64,000 nt of DNA from Setoptus koraiensis (GCA_048013815.1 CM106586.1:18662001-18726000), one strand, 5' to 3'; positions 47,801 through 61,977 are shown, counted from the first letter of the stretch. Translations and numbers: made by a program. The notes: generated from the letters alone by a model not told the origin.

Positions 47801-50800
47801 ATAAAATCAAATGGAATCAGACTGGATCAAATCTCATGACTACTTCATAAGTCATTGCACACATTGTTTGGTGTGTCTGCTTGATCATAGCTCTCTACAT
47901 GACACTTCTCAAGCTAGGGCAGCGTCTTTATGACAAAACGGTTAGTTGATTTTATTATAATGTCTCGCACGCTGCTGTCTTGCGTCTATTTGTGAGCTCA
48001 TTTGTCTCTGTCAGCCGTCTACTCGGCTGGATAGACAGACGTTTGTCAGCTCGGTTGGTTTGCTTTAGAAAGAAAATTACAGTTCTCAAATGGCAAATTA
48101 TATCAACACCTGACAGAAGCTGACGATGGTTGCATAGTAAGCACCCATCTCATATTATCTATGTCTAGACATTGCGCTCGTGGCTCTACTTGTAAACCAT
48201 CGCAACCAATTCACCAGATATCACCGCATTCGAAAACTGTTCACGAGCGACATAGTGATATTTGCTCGAGCGATATGCGAAATTTCTCTGCTTTCATGAT
48301 CGCAATGAACCTATGATTTGAGCGAGATATTGTTGCAAATTATTGTTTCTGTGAAAAACATTTTTCGGCACGCACACTCGATCACTGCATGCTTTAAGGG
48401 AATCTTTAGCTTACCAGAGAAACGACACTGCTGACCACTGAGTTGTGAGGCAATCTATCGGTTTTATACCAAATGCACACAAACCCACACAAGTGCACGG
48501 TTTATGGTGGAAAAATGAGATAAATCACCATAACGATATCAGTACGTGTCCACTTCGGACTCTTTTGATGCTCCTCAAACTGCTGTCACTATGGACAACA
48601 TGAGCAGATTATCAGTTCAATTGGTACATTATCGATCCACTGGCAAGCTAAATTGACGAAAAATTCTCCGCAGAAAGAATGAAGAATTTTTTAACAAAGG
48701 ATGACATCAACCATTGAGAACAATGTATCGACAAAAGTGTTTTCTTTTTCTCCGGGACTTTAGATGGTTAGAGTCGATGATAGATAGCTTCATATCGCTG
48801 AGAGAGCATTTCGGTAGATAGAGTTTATGAGTTGATTGAATGGACTCAAACTGGTTGTTATTGGCAGCTACAGCTTTTGCACTTGACATTGGTTAAGTTA
48901 AGGAATTAATTGAACCAAAAAGCAATACCGCTCTCTTATTTACTGGTACAACTTGTGTCGTATCTCCAGTGCAGAGCCTGTTTGATATATTTCCTTTTTG
49001 AGCACTACAGGGAACGAAGAATTTAACCGATTCTTTTTTCAATCGTTACGTTGTGTCATTAAATTTTCAGGGACCAGCAGCTAATCCTGCTGCCAGTGTA
49101 GCACACCTTTAATAAGACTCGAAACTCCCAACTTGAATTAGAAAGGGAGAGATAGGAAGAGAGAGTGCTAGAAAAATGTCTTATCTATTGTTCGCAATCG
49201 TCCCATTGTTGTTTGGAAAGGCTCACTAAATTTTTAGAGAGGCCTAATCGAGATAAAGAAGCGAAAATTGCCGCTGTTCTAGTCGATAAGATTGCATGAT
49301 AGACAGCATTGTGACAACTTAATGATGCTGTTCACATTGAGTTTGGTAGTTTGGCGTAGAAAATTTTCGCCGCCATGGAACGTGATAGATTAGTTTGCTA
49401 GAACAATACAGCTATGGCTAAATAATTCTTCTCAAAGAGTAAATCTTTATCAAATGTTTGCACGAGCAAAAGACTCAATCCCTTCGTTGCGCTTCTTGTG
49501 TTACTTCCTTATGAGAGAAATTTTCCTTCAATGAGAATCTGTTGAGGCTCTCAGACAAAGTCCTCAAGATGCCGCATTGTGCATTGTGTCTAGTTACCAA
49601 AAACGGACGCAGTGAGATTTTCCCAATTAGATAGTTATATGGATAGATTTTCTTCTTTCGTTTCGTGGAATAAGGCAGACTTCAGAACAGGTGTTAATTA
49701 TCTCAGCTCAATCTAAATTGAGTGTCGTGAAATATCTAGATAGATCTGAGATGAAAGATGTTGGCGATTGATGTGGAGATAGATGACTTTTAGCTGACAC
49801 ATTGTCTTGGTTTATGTGAACAACGAGAAACAATAGCGAGATCGGTGTTTGAACAAATGAATCTGGTACCGATCTTCTCGCACGATCAGCATTACGCCCA
49901 GCAAGGAGATTTTTCCAGCTTTGAACTCTTGAACCGACACACTCTCGAACGTGAGAATATGAGGCCGTGTGAGGAATAAATCCAGTTTGTTACTAAACTA
50001 TGCTCAGCGTGTTTACTTGCTTCGCATCCCCCACTCTCGGTTTTTGACAGCTGACAGCAGACGACTGACATCTGATAGGTCTAGTAGAGCTGTAAAATTA
50101 CAGTGTCTCAATGTCTCGAGAGCTTCATCGAAGAGGAAGAGAGCCAACCGAGCACCTGATTAAATTATCTTTGCAGTCATTTTCAGTTCATGCCCTTGCT
50201 AAACTGCATCTAGCTTGTAAGATAGCAGCTGCATCAGCGTCTGTTAACACAATTATTATCGTCACTGCTAGATAAACTATCTTATTTTGAAATCAATGAG
50301 GCCCGTTTTATTCAGCATAAGTCAAACAGAAAAGATGTTTTGTCTTCAGCCCAACCGACTTTCATTGATTTAGGCCCCATTGTTCTCGGTTCCATTAGTT
50401 TTGCACTCTTGACAACTTTAGCGTAAGTAATATAGTTACGCGGGCCTTGATGCTGTTATTCGTTATCACCGAGATGACGAGCGAATCGGGGTGCCCCGAA
50501 ATAAATTATCAATTAATTTAGGGCACGAAAACATTGTCGAAATTTTCGATCAAACCCTGATTAAGATGTGATAAAACGACACAAACATTCTATTTTTGTT
50601 CAGGATTATTGAAGCAACAATTCAAATTGTTTCACTTTAGACAGAATCAAATTTATGTGGCTGAATGTATTCGATAGAATTACTAAATTCTCTCTCTTGC
50701 CCTCTATCTTCCCGAATATCATTCAAATGATTGTTGGCCTCTGCACATCCAATCCAGTAAATTGCGATAAATTTTGCAATCAATTGTCATCCTCCATCTC

Positions 50801-52557
50801 CATTCGACTGAGAAAATCTAACTCAGCACCTACCAGAAAATAAACCAAACATATCAATATTTATTAATAAATGAAGTTGGAATTGATTTTTCATAGTTGA
50901 TCGGCTCGGAGATTATTGCAACCAACAATGGAAAAAAAAAAAAATTAAACTGTCTCATCATGGAGCACCAAGCGAAAGATCTACGCTTTGAGACAATTAA
51001 ATTTTTTTCCGTAGTAGAAATTTTTTTCGAGAGATTTTGTTCGAGATCAGACGTTGATTTTTGCTCAAAATTCCTTTCACGTCTGGCACAGATCCGATCA
51101 ACTAATTAATGAGCTCATCTAATGTTCGGTGTTCGACTGATTTTGTATCGCAGGCTGCTTGCTTCTCGCGAAAAGCTTATCGCTTTGATTAACCAGACCC
51201 AACTTCGCCGAACTGACTTGGATTCTCTTCTAACATGGAAAGGAAACAGTTCTATGGGTTCTCCTTGTACGACTCGTCGACAAGGGAAAATGACAACGCA
51301 AATAATGAGATAGAGAGTTGTAATGAATTACACGGAATGGACATGTGTGCTTCATTGGATAAATAGATATCAAAAGAGGAGTCGACAGACGATACAGTTT
51401 GAAGTAATATGCCTGTTCCTAGGATCAGCCTATTGAACGCTGCTTTGCTTCAGATGACCAATTAACGTAATCAGGTTCATGGCAAATGTTACTTTGTCGC
51501 CTTCAAGAAATCTTGCCTGATGCTAATCTTGATTTGCAGTTTATTTTGGGTCAGTTGCGTGTCACATAATCATCGTATCTTTGGTTAGTACATGCGATCG
51601 ATACCTACATTGAAGAACCGAAATGTACACGTACGAGCGTGTGGAAACAACAAAGGTCGATGGGCTTGATTGACAATTTTCACTACCTGATTAACTCGCC
51701 TACACTAAATTTGGCCCGCTCAAGCGGATGAGATAGCTGCATCCCCATAAAGTAAATCAAACTGTGAGAGTGTTCTTGACTCTAACACCACCGTAAAGAG
51801 AATGCCAACCTAATGTGAACCATATGTGATTATATTCGCTCAGATTCAGGTTGATCAGACTGTAGGTTCTTTAGTAGAACGAGAGAGAAATTAATTATTC
51901 ACGACTTTGTATCGCTATTAATAAACGGACATCTATTAATAAATCTCTTTGTGTTGCGCTAAAAAAGAAAGTTGTTACTAACTTGATACCGGTAATGCGC
52001 TAACCAACAAATTAATTACTACATTAATCTTGTCTGGGCGACAATACAGTCTGTAGCAGCGATTACGATCGAACTCATTACACAGCCAGTGTCCTATAAA
52101 GAGCCAATATCAGGCCAATATTTGCTGATGCATCGAAGGACTGCTGCAACAAATTGAATTGATAATGTGCCTCTGCATACGCGGGTCTTATCTGCCTGAA
52201 ACCAACCCACGAGCTCTTCCATTTGCCTCCTACACAGATAAAATAAGCGTCGGCTGGTGGCATAAAATAAGATAAAATATTACTTCAGTATGTGGTCACA
52301 AATCGATGCAAAATCATGGTTTGCATAAAAATAGTAGCGACTTGCTACCGAAAGAAATTGCTGTCCGAATTTAATCATCGCACATGGCCGATATTCCTGT
52401 CGAGCCAAGTTTCACTTATCTAGTCTCAATTGGATCTTCGGGATTATTCACAGCAATACCTATGGTACTTTGAGGGGTTTCGTTGTTTCAACATATCACA
52501 ATGCTTTGCCAAGAGGCCCATTCGCAGTTGCAACCTGTCAGCCTATTTATAGCAACA

Positions 52558-52594
52558 GACTTTGCGTTGTGCAACGGCTGCACAACGCAAAGTC
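52558..52594. repeat. Perfect inverted repeat, 16-bp arms, 5-nt loop
   Basis: GACTTTGCGTTGTGCA-ACGGC-TGCACAACGCAAAGTC. Confidence 0.95.
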
Positions 52595-53135
52595 GCTGCC
52601 AGTATCGGCGCTACAACGGTCAATGAGCTAGTGGAGATAGTGACAAGGAGCTAGATATTTGATTTATGGGCAAGGGGATAGGGTGCGGGGCCGATTGGGC
52701 GCTCAAGGGAAATCTAGACAATCGCCCAATCAACAAAATCGGTGCGTGTTATATTCGTGTTTCGTGTTTGTGTCGATAAAAAGCAATTCTCAGCCTAGTT
52801 TATGTGTCAATTGTCAGTTGTCGATCGCCAATTGTCACCTGAAAATTGACAACTGTCAATCGGTGGTGCCGGTCATTCGTCAGGTGTAAACTGTCATCAG
52901 AAGAAGAAGCGAAATCTAACTGTCTATTCAAACTTACAAACAGGACATACGACAGTTGGTGCGCTCGGCTTGCTGCAATTACTTCACTCGACGGGACGGA
53001 CTCGATCCAATTTCAGCCAAGCGCACCAATCTAATAAAACCAGCCCGATCGGACAAATTCGCAGCAGCGGGTCAGGTGAGGTCAGATGGGGTCGGAGAAG
53101 GGAACAGAAAAATAAACGAACCGTTGCTGTTTCGT

Positions 53136-53175
53136 TTGCTCTAGTTGCTCTAGTTGCTCTAGTTGCTCTAGTTGC
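53136..53175. repeat. Tandem 9-bp repeat TTGCTCTAG, 4.4 copies
   Basis: Read directly. Confidence 0.95.
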
Positions 53176-56100
53176 GTTGCCAATATGTGCTCGGCCAACG
53201 CCGGCCAACCAATCAGCAAACAATCTTTGAGCGTCGTTCAAACAGCTAACAGTCGTGCCAACGCTGACACAGACACACTGGCCTGACATAATGGCCTCGA
53301 TCGGCAGTGTAGAGGTTCGTTATTGGGGCGAATTATTGATGAGCGAGACACACACACTCGCACTCGCACACATACGGTTTATGGAAAACAATAGATGGAA
53401 ACAAGCAGTTCAGCGCCAGACGTGTAATCGGGTCATTTATCCGATCGCTGGCTACTGGGGCCCCTGACTCCGGCTAGTTAGCCTATCTGGTGGGCCGATC
53501 TGTTGATTTAGTTGTTGTTCATTATATTTCAAGGTCGTGACGCACGGTGTTTATCTGAAACACTGTGTGCGTCTCACCGAAGTAGTTATCGTTTTAGTAA
53601 TAATAATAACTTTGAAAGCACGAGGCACACTGAACCGACTAGAGAGCCGGCTTCGATGCAATTATTCGTGCTAGGGCCAGTCGGTAGTGTCATCATCAGA
53701 TAGACGTGATGAATTTTATGTTCACCATTAACTCGCCAGGTGATTATCTAAGTACAAACAATATTAAGCCAAGCTTATCTTTGCCCTTTACATACCTGCG
53801 GGCCGGTATGTGTGCATAGCCGTTATTTTTCGGGCGTCCGTTATGCTGTTATTGCGAAATGTGTTGCTGTGTTGTTGCAAGGGCAAATATGGGGCCGCCC
53901 GGCAGTGTGCGAGCCAGCGAGCTCGGGGTTAAAGATCATGTAAAAGGGCAAGCATGCGACCTGTGGGCCTCGTGGCACGTATGCCCATAAAAAGTGAACG
54001 GGCAGTCTCGTTGTTTAATCAATTAGATTAGATGGGGCAACTTGGGGCGCGAAATACCTGACCGAGGCCAGCTAGCTAGGCTAACATGCAAATGATTTAC
54101 TTGTCGCCGCTGGTTGGCCCCCGTGATTTATTGCTCCAGTTGGTGTTGTTGTCGTTTTTGACTTGATCAATGCCATGAACTTCATAAACTTAATAAACAA
54201 CAATTTCGACAGGTCACTAGAATCACAGAAAATCCTTAGTGTTTTTCGCCTGATATATACATAATACACAGCGTCTATAACACCCCAACTAAGCCTACCC
54301 ATGCTCGCAAAGACCCCCTAATGATGCATTGATTTTGGTTGTGTGTGTGTGTGTGTGCGTGTGAATTGTCGTGCTAATGTTATATATTACGTAACCATAA
54401 TATAAAGAGAATAGATTATAAATTACATTGTCTACACGGATTATAGCGGCTACGACACGATATATTCTGTTCAGCAATGTTGTTAGGCAGCAATCCGGGG
54501 GATCCGATTAAATACTCAATATTTATGTGTGTGTGTGTGTGTGTGTGTGTGTTAGCAACAATAAATCAACGCTCAATGATAGCAACAAAGCTTACGACCA
54601 TCATTAGCGTTACCGGCTGACAATTTATCATCTGCCGCTCCGCCATCCATAAGCCAGCATATTTCGCTGCATTCGTTCCGTCTGCAGCTCGGGGCCATTC
54701 TTTTCAAATAAACTCAAAACAAATCAACAATAATCTAAACTCAGATGCAAATAAGAGCGCGGGGTCTTATAAAAACAAAAACAAAAGTTGCGCATACGCG
54801 CCCACGTTGCATTCCGGAACTGGGCCCCAATCTATCATTCAATGGATTCGCTCTGTGCCGAGTTCGGCGCCGAGCGCCGAAATATGGTTGTTACGGCACG
54901 TATCTACGTGATGCCGGTTTTTTCTGTTTGTGCTGAGATGATCATGATTACGATATCGTGGGCCACGATTCGTGGGCCGACAAGGCGCGATAGGCAACAA
55001 CTTTCGGCGGAAAATTATGCACAGCGCATCTGCGCTGAAACAGTGGCTGTATGAGGCATCATTGTTTATTTCCTGACAGTGATTGAGCAGCCTCACATCT
55101 AATTCCAATTCTCAGTATTGCAGGGATTGGCGCCGATGCTCGCCGCCGATGTCCGCGCTTGCCTTGCCGAACATCTAACACATTGCAAGTTGTGCAGATG
55201 GTCTAATTATTTCGGGCGATGTCATGTGTGAAAACTTGAGGCAATGGAAAAAATTGAGCGTTTCTCAGCTCAGAATGATCATTTTTCCAGCAAAAAAAAA
55301 ACCTGCCATATCCTGTGATAGGTGCTTCTGGAATATTTCATCTTCGCGACAACTTTTCAAAGATTCTGCGCCATCATCAGTAATTCCTGGCGAATCTGCT
55401 GATTGTCTAGGTCCAGGAATTCGTGTTTTTCTGATTCACGCCTTATCGGTCCCAATCACTGAGGCCAAAATAAGTTATTTGAAAAACCGCCAGCGGCGCA
55501 ATAACAACATCAATCAGGACGAACAATGTGCCTTCTTTTAAGCTCCGCACACTTTCCGTAATTGTTTTGTGATCTTTAACTCAATTTGTGTCTCTGTTGG
55601 CCAGCACCAGAACGAGCACGATTCAAAAACAATGGATCTCGTCGAGTTGCCCGTTGCGTCGAGCATCTCAGCCGGTGCAACTCAGAATAATTGAAATAAG
55701 AAGAAACAGGCTAATGCCTGCAATAACGTCGCAGCCGAGCCGCACAGATATTTTTCATCCAATCAAACTCTATCGCTGTCTCTTCCAAGTTCGAAGTTGT
55801 TAAAAAATGAACGCCGAAAAATTCTTTCGGCCCATGATACACTGAAATGAAACGCCAAGGCCAGCATGAAGCACGCGGCCGGCAATGACGCCAGTGGTGG
55901 GCCTGCCGAATCACCAAAGGAGACGAACACAAACCGAAAAATCAGACCCAACTGATTGAAGCGTGAACTTCCAAAAAAATGATTGTCTAACCATACAAAC
56001 ACGAGATTTTTGTGACGAGAACATGCTATTGATTGTAATGGTTTTACAATGACTTGACCAACAACAGCAGCAAAAAGATGGAGCGAGCCGGGCCCTTTTT

Positions 56101-59100
56101 TATTTAAGTGTAAGTCGCAAATTAAGTAGCGCACTACTGGCATCGAAAGTCAGCAATCACGATTTCATAAGCGAATTCGCCAAGCAAAACACATTGCAAC
56201 TAGCTGACTTGGGTCCCCTTTGTATTGCTTGCTCGTTGTTGTTTCGATTAACTGCAAACAATAACAACAGCAACAACGTTCCAGCCATATACGGCTCAGT
56301 TGGCCCTTTGAAAATTGTTCAAAACCCGCTGGTGCTTCAGGCTACTAGTATCTATCTGGAAGGCTGGGGCCGACCGAAGTTGTCTGGCTATTGTTTGTTT
56401 GTCTGTCTGTTGGTTTGTTTGTTGGTCGAACGGACGGACTGTCTGTCTGTCTGCCTGCCTGCTTGTCTGTTCGTTTGTTTGTAGAGAGCAAATCAATCCG
56501 GAACTAGTGATTGCAATAGATTTATTTGAGTCACTTAGATGACGCTTGGCTCTTGGCCCCCTCCTCTCTGCAGAGTTTACCTTTCTGGCTAGTTGTTGTT
56601 GCCGCTGTTCTTCTAATTTGGATAGACAACAATTCGGATAATAATGAAGCAGTAGTGGCGGTGGCAAGTAGCGCACAACTTTTCACCATCATAAAGAAAA
56701 ATATCTAAAACTGTTGTGCAATCGTGTTATATTCGCCAGTTGGCAGGGGCAAGAACGGGCACAAAAAAAAGAAAAAGAAATTGCAATGCTTCGGATCAAT
56801 AGATTGATTATTATATAACTGGTCAGTTGGTGCACAATCAAATAGACAATACTGGCTCGCATCGGCCCTAGCCAGTCGCTTGTCGGACAGCGCGGTCGAC
56901 GGTCGCATGACAAGCGACTTGACTCAATTCCATGCGAACAGTTGGTCAGGATTAGTTGGGGGCCCATTTCGCATCGTGCTTCTCTCTGTTCTGTTTTTCG
57001 TTGCAACCAAACAGACATTACATTATGTCCAGTCTCACATGTTCATTACGTCTCTATAACGAACCCAGGAGATACAAGCACAGTTATAACCAACGGAGGA
57101 GATTTGCCAGAGACTTTAAGCTACTTTGCTCTGTGTAGGGTGCGCCACTACAGTGGAACAGAAACAGAAAAAGCTTAGCTGTCGTCCATACTAACAAGTC
57201 TAGTCAATTACATGCTAGTCAATATAAGATTAAATCGACCAATCGACCGCTACCATCTATTACTAGATTACTAAATTACCAGCACATCAAATTGTAGATT
57301 TCAGATGTATTGGTTGTTTTAAAATTTGCCCAGAATCATTCTCTGTCCGATGTTTTATCAAAGAGATGCCACTAGGCCCATGGGGCTAACTTTCAGGGGG
57401 TTCTATTAGGCTTGAACTAACTCGGTCTAATCACGCCAGTGGCGCAGCTTCAGTAGGGGCACCTAGCGACTTTTCTGGTGTCTCACTGTTCGCTGACTTG
57501 CGAGGCGTCGATTAGCACCTGCGCAATAAGGAATTCTCGTGAGATGAATCGGACACTCTCGAAGCTCGTTCCCATATCGCTGCACATTTTTTTTTCAACC
57601 GAAAACATCTCAAATTGAAAATCTGTCAGTGTAAAACTAGATCTAGGAAACTGCGTGAAATGCTGATGAGGACTTCTTTTGAAAATCGACAAGTTTCTTT
57701 TCTGACTGGCTAACCGTGCTGCATCAATTTCGGAGTAATTCATTTCCTTTTGGAAAAATATTGCACATATCACATCTGGTAGCAGCAGATGACCGGAATG
57801 GGCCCCTTAATTTGGCCCTCGACAATCGCCGTCGCTGTTCATAGACTGATCCTTTTTCCCGTTTCCGCTCTGGTCTAATTCCTGGCATCGGGCTGAATTC
57901 ATTCCATTCTCGCAATCATATTTTCTTATGTTAATGTTGTTCTTGATTGAGACAGAAAAAACCAAGTAGCTGATTCGAAGAATCTCCATCTTGAATTCGC
58001 CGAAATAGCGCTGCTCGACTGTTCATAAATCTTTCCGAGCGGCACTGTTACAACAGCTCATTTTTCGAAGAACGATTTAGCCCGACAGCAGCTCGAGATA
58101 ATGTGCGAATGAAACTCAGCTGCTCGGGATCGTTATAACTTATAAGTGTGCAGGCAAACACGTATATAAACTGAGTCGAAAACAGTTAAATGATTGAGTA
58201 GTTGAATGTATGGAGCCTCAGTTCGGGGCTGCAACTTGGAGCCGAGGAAAGAAGGATCCCTCAACAATCATCCAGAAACTGTAACTGCAGAGGGTTAGTT
58301 AGGTCTGGAACGAGATTTCCTCTACTGGTAGTTGCTCGTAGTTGTACACATGATTCTGAGGAAGTCAATAAGAGCAAAGAATGAATCGTTATTTATTGTG
58401 ATGCGCTCATTATTTGCAAATAGGAAGAATTTTTCCATCGCTAACAGAGAAAGTTTCGCTAACGTGATGATTTGAGTTTCATCGTGACCTTCAAATACTT
58501 TAGCCTCGCCTAGAAGAACGAAGAAGGAACTATCCGATCCTAGATAACACCTTGTTATAAATTTCTTGTCATGACAGACAAAATTATAAGCACCATGTTC
58601 TCTTCTGCGTGCCATGGGTTCCACAGGTGAGAAGGAGCATGGCTCACATCTGGGACCACTGCGCCAAGCCACAAGAAAGACATTTGTTTCTTGAGCAAAA
58701 TGATGACAACGAGGAAGCTCACTAACCGTCGAGCGAACCGTTAATGAGGTGACAATTGGTAACGGCTTCTCTCAAGCACGACTCGAGTGATTACCAATCT
58801 GTTGCTAATGAGAGCACCATTTTTTCAGCCGCCAGCCATGTTCCGACTCATCTCGCTTGAAGTTAGAATCCGTCAGGGAAAAATAGTTTTGTTTTTATCC
58901 ATCTTCCACACATTTCGGCATAGCTCACAACGCGATGGCGAGGAGAATCATTCGACAAAACGCACGCTTCTATATCTTCTTGCTAAACTATTGATGTCAG
59001 TGACCTTTATTCAATCTTGGTGCAATCAATCTAGCATGTGGAAACTAGAGAGCGTCCAGCCTAAAGCCATCTGAATTGAATGTGTCATTTTTTCAGGTAC

Positions 59101-60386
59101 CTCCGCTCTTCCATTATATGCTTCTCTGACATTTCTCACTAAATGAGAATCCATAGCTAGTAGCAAAGATTTCTAACAAGAAATTTGCCTGAAAAATGGA
59201 CGTTATTCTCGTAAAAAGCGACCAGATACTTGTGGAAATCGTTTTCTCACGTCATCATCGACAAATTTGCTTTAATATAATGGTGAAATCGAGCACTACT
59301 GATGAATGATGGATTTCATTTCAGACATATCAATAATACAGTTGTTCTTTGGTCGAATAGCAATAATTATAGATAGCTAAGGCTTTTGACATAATGTCTA
59401 ATGACAACAGTGACACACGTGTCGAAAGAGATTGCTTGCCACAACAACCTTTAATTAATTTCCGAGAAGGGAAAGCCCAGTCTGCGAGAGAAGACATTCA
59501 ATAAAAGAGACCGTCAATAACGGTCTTTAGTTTGTCTGTGAACTTTGTGAAGATAGAGAAGACAAATGCTTCCTGTCACTTATGACATTCCAAAGATCCC
59601 ACTGACAATGACAGCAACTTATTTTTAGCCTTCTTATTGTTAGGAATGAAAGTCCGGGTTTTTCCCATGGAACGGTTTTCTATATATATATATCGTTCCA
59701 TGGTTTTGGACGAAGTTTGAGAGATTTCTCTGAAAATTCATTGAGTTCTCGGAAGAAACAATTGTATTGGAATTCCGTGCTGATGTACCTCTCTTATTTG
59801 GCAGTGTAACAGTTCCCTTTAGACTACTGATGGAGATAGTTTTGCTGCGCAGGTATTATAAATCTACTGGAAACGAGATACAGTATTACTGAAACCTCTG
59901 AGGTCCCATCATTTTCGTTGAACAGCCAAGCTACTCGACAAAAAACCTAGAATGCCTGTAGTGGACACTCGTGGTAGCTAACCACACACAGTTCTGGCGA
60001 GTGCTTTTGAAGAGGGTGATACAATGGGGTGGCTCAAATGCTGTATAAAAAATGCCCCAATTCATACTATGAATGCGTGGCTCTGATCAAGGTATCTCGA
60101 AGGAGAAAGTTATTTTCAAGGGGGCAAACTGATTTGCTAACTTTTTTTTTCTAGATGATAAACCCTTTAATAACGATTTACAATGCTATACAAATATTTA
60201 GCTTGACTCATAAATTATTGTAAATCGTTTAGGAGCAAGCTAAGTGAAAAATGAAAATCGACGCATCAATCATCATCCGAGCTGTTTATCCAAAGATTTA
60301 TATATTTCGGTCGAGATAGACTTTCTGAAATATCTTATATATCTCCATCGATAGTTGGCTCCTTCGGCAAAATTCTTATATTTTCC

Positions 60387-60635
60387 TCAATATATGTATT
60401 TTGGAGTCCTTGTTCTTACCCTCAATCTGTCCTTAATTGAAGATTTCTCTTCTGTTGGTGTTTTTGTTTGAGCTGTGTAAGAAATAATCGTTGGGTCGTT
60501 CGATTCTAAAAGTTCTTGTACTCCATTACCTTTGAAGCATCCTGTGCAAGTTTCCTTTATTTTCGCCATAGGTCCGCATAAAACGAACTGACTTGCCATG
60601 GCCAGAAGTAGGATTGATACAAGAACTCTCATCAT
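60387..60635 (-). CDS. Orphan small secreted protein, 82 aa, CxxC motif just after the signal peptide
   Basis: Typical signal peptide MMRVLVSILLLAMASQFVLC (basic N-region, hydrophobic core, V-x-C cleavage). Mature part GPMAKIKETCTGCFKG... has a basic C-terminus. No homology recognised. Confidence 0.6.
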   Translation of the reverse strand: MMRVLVSILLLAMASQFVLCGPMAKIKETCTGCFKGNGVQELLESNDPTIISYTAQTKTPTEEKSSIKDRLRVRTRTPKYIY

Positions 60636-60824
60636 GTCTTATCGAAAAGTGTTTGCGCAAATGTTACCTGTAATAGGTGTTGATGGTTTCAAAAATGATT
60701 TAGACTAAGAGATCACTGCGAATAGAAAGAAAAGTCGATTTAAACTGATAGGTCGGTAGTTCAACTTAAATTGATAGCTTTTCAAAGTTTTCCCCGGGGA
60801 GTATAAAATTTATTTTGTTTTCCA

Positions 60825-61133
60825 TTATAAGCTCGAAACTAAAAATATCTTTGTATATTCAATGTGCTTAAAGTTACTCGTATTCAATCGAAAGAATAGA
60901 TAGAGCTTATTTTTAACTTTTTTCCTACAACTCTGATCAGCCAATCGCCGAAAGCAGAAAGCATGGCTCACAAGGTTTTTTCCAGGCGCTCGAAGAATGT
61001 TACGGGCAACATCAGTGTCAGCACAACTTTCAATCAAAAAATCTGGTAAAAGTATGCGAATCGCCTCCATTTCCAAAAACATCGTGACTATTCTCTCGAG
61101 TACAGATTGTAGTCGTAGAAATAACGTCATCAT
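60825..61133 (-). CDS. Hypothetical 102-aa ORF
   Basis: ATG-initiated, on the same strand and just upstream of the secreted-protein gene. No homology recognised. Confidence 0.2.
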   Translation of the reverse strand: MMTLFLRLQSVLERIVTMFLEMEAIRILLPDFLIESCADTDVARNILRAPGKNLVSHAFCFRRLADQSCRKKVKNKLYLFFRLNTSNFKHIEYTKIFLVSSL

Positions 61134-61977
61134 CGACGATTTTGTTCCAACTGAAGCACGCTAGCTACCAAAGTACGAATTGCCTGAATATTGTATGAAT
61201 CTCTTGAGGATCTCTAGGTTAATCTATGTTGACTTCCATAGAAATGGACATATATTACAGATAATGCTAACTAAAGCCGATGCTAGATAAAGAGTTTTTC
61301 AGAGAAACAATGGAGAAAGTTCACTCAGGCTCTTTTGGGTCGTCGAAAAAGCAAGAACTATTATGGCATCTGGTAGCTTCTGAAAACGGAAATGACACCA
61401 AGTGTTTTTCTTCAGTAGTTCTTCCAAAATGTACTGACCGGCGAGATTAATAAGATCGTTAGTCAGAAAATTCCTGAACTTTCCTCACTCTCTTCTCTTT
61501 TCTTGCCATTCTTCTTGTTCCGCTGACAACGAGGATGTGTTTGCATAACCAGAGACAACAGAGATGCAGTTTGTTATTAGATCATATATTGTGTCCAGAA
61601 AAAAACGAAGCATTTACACGAACGGTTTCATTGCGTCGTTTCCAAGCTATCAAGAGGGGAGTGGATAAATTCTTGATGAATAGATGCTGAATTTATTCAC
61701 ATGCGATCGCCTTTGCAGAGAGAGAGAGAGAGAGAGAGAGAGCACTTTTCTTCCTTTCATCAGACCATTAAGCCAATCGACTGTTGAATTGTTCCAGTGA
61801 GCCGATTATTTACGACATCCAAGTTAATGCCCGCGCCAATTGATATTGCATGATAATTGATTGAGTTAGTTTGCAGAAGGACTGTGATTCGCCTATTACA
61901 CTAATTATTGGTGAATGTCAATCCAAATACGAATCACATTAGTATTTAGCCTCTAGCTGAGCACTGAGCGGCCTCAC

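Noticed and set aside
59094-59103. TCAGGTACCT, matching the 5' end of miR-275
   Set aside because: Only 10 nt match, the rest diverges, and there is no hairpin.
59665-59703. 10-bp inverted repeat flanking a (TA)n run
   Set aside because: About one 10-bp stem with a spacer under 20 nt is expected by chance in 64 kb.
60638-60667. 30-nt GT-AG segment just upstream of the secreted-protein ATG as an intron
   Set aside because: Shorter than typical arthropod minimum intron size and lacks a branch-site match.
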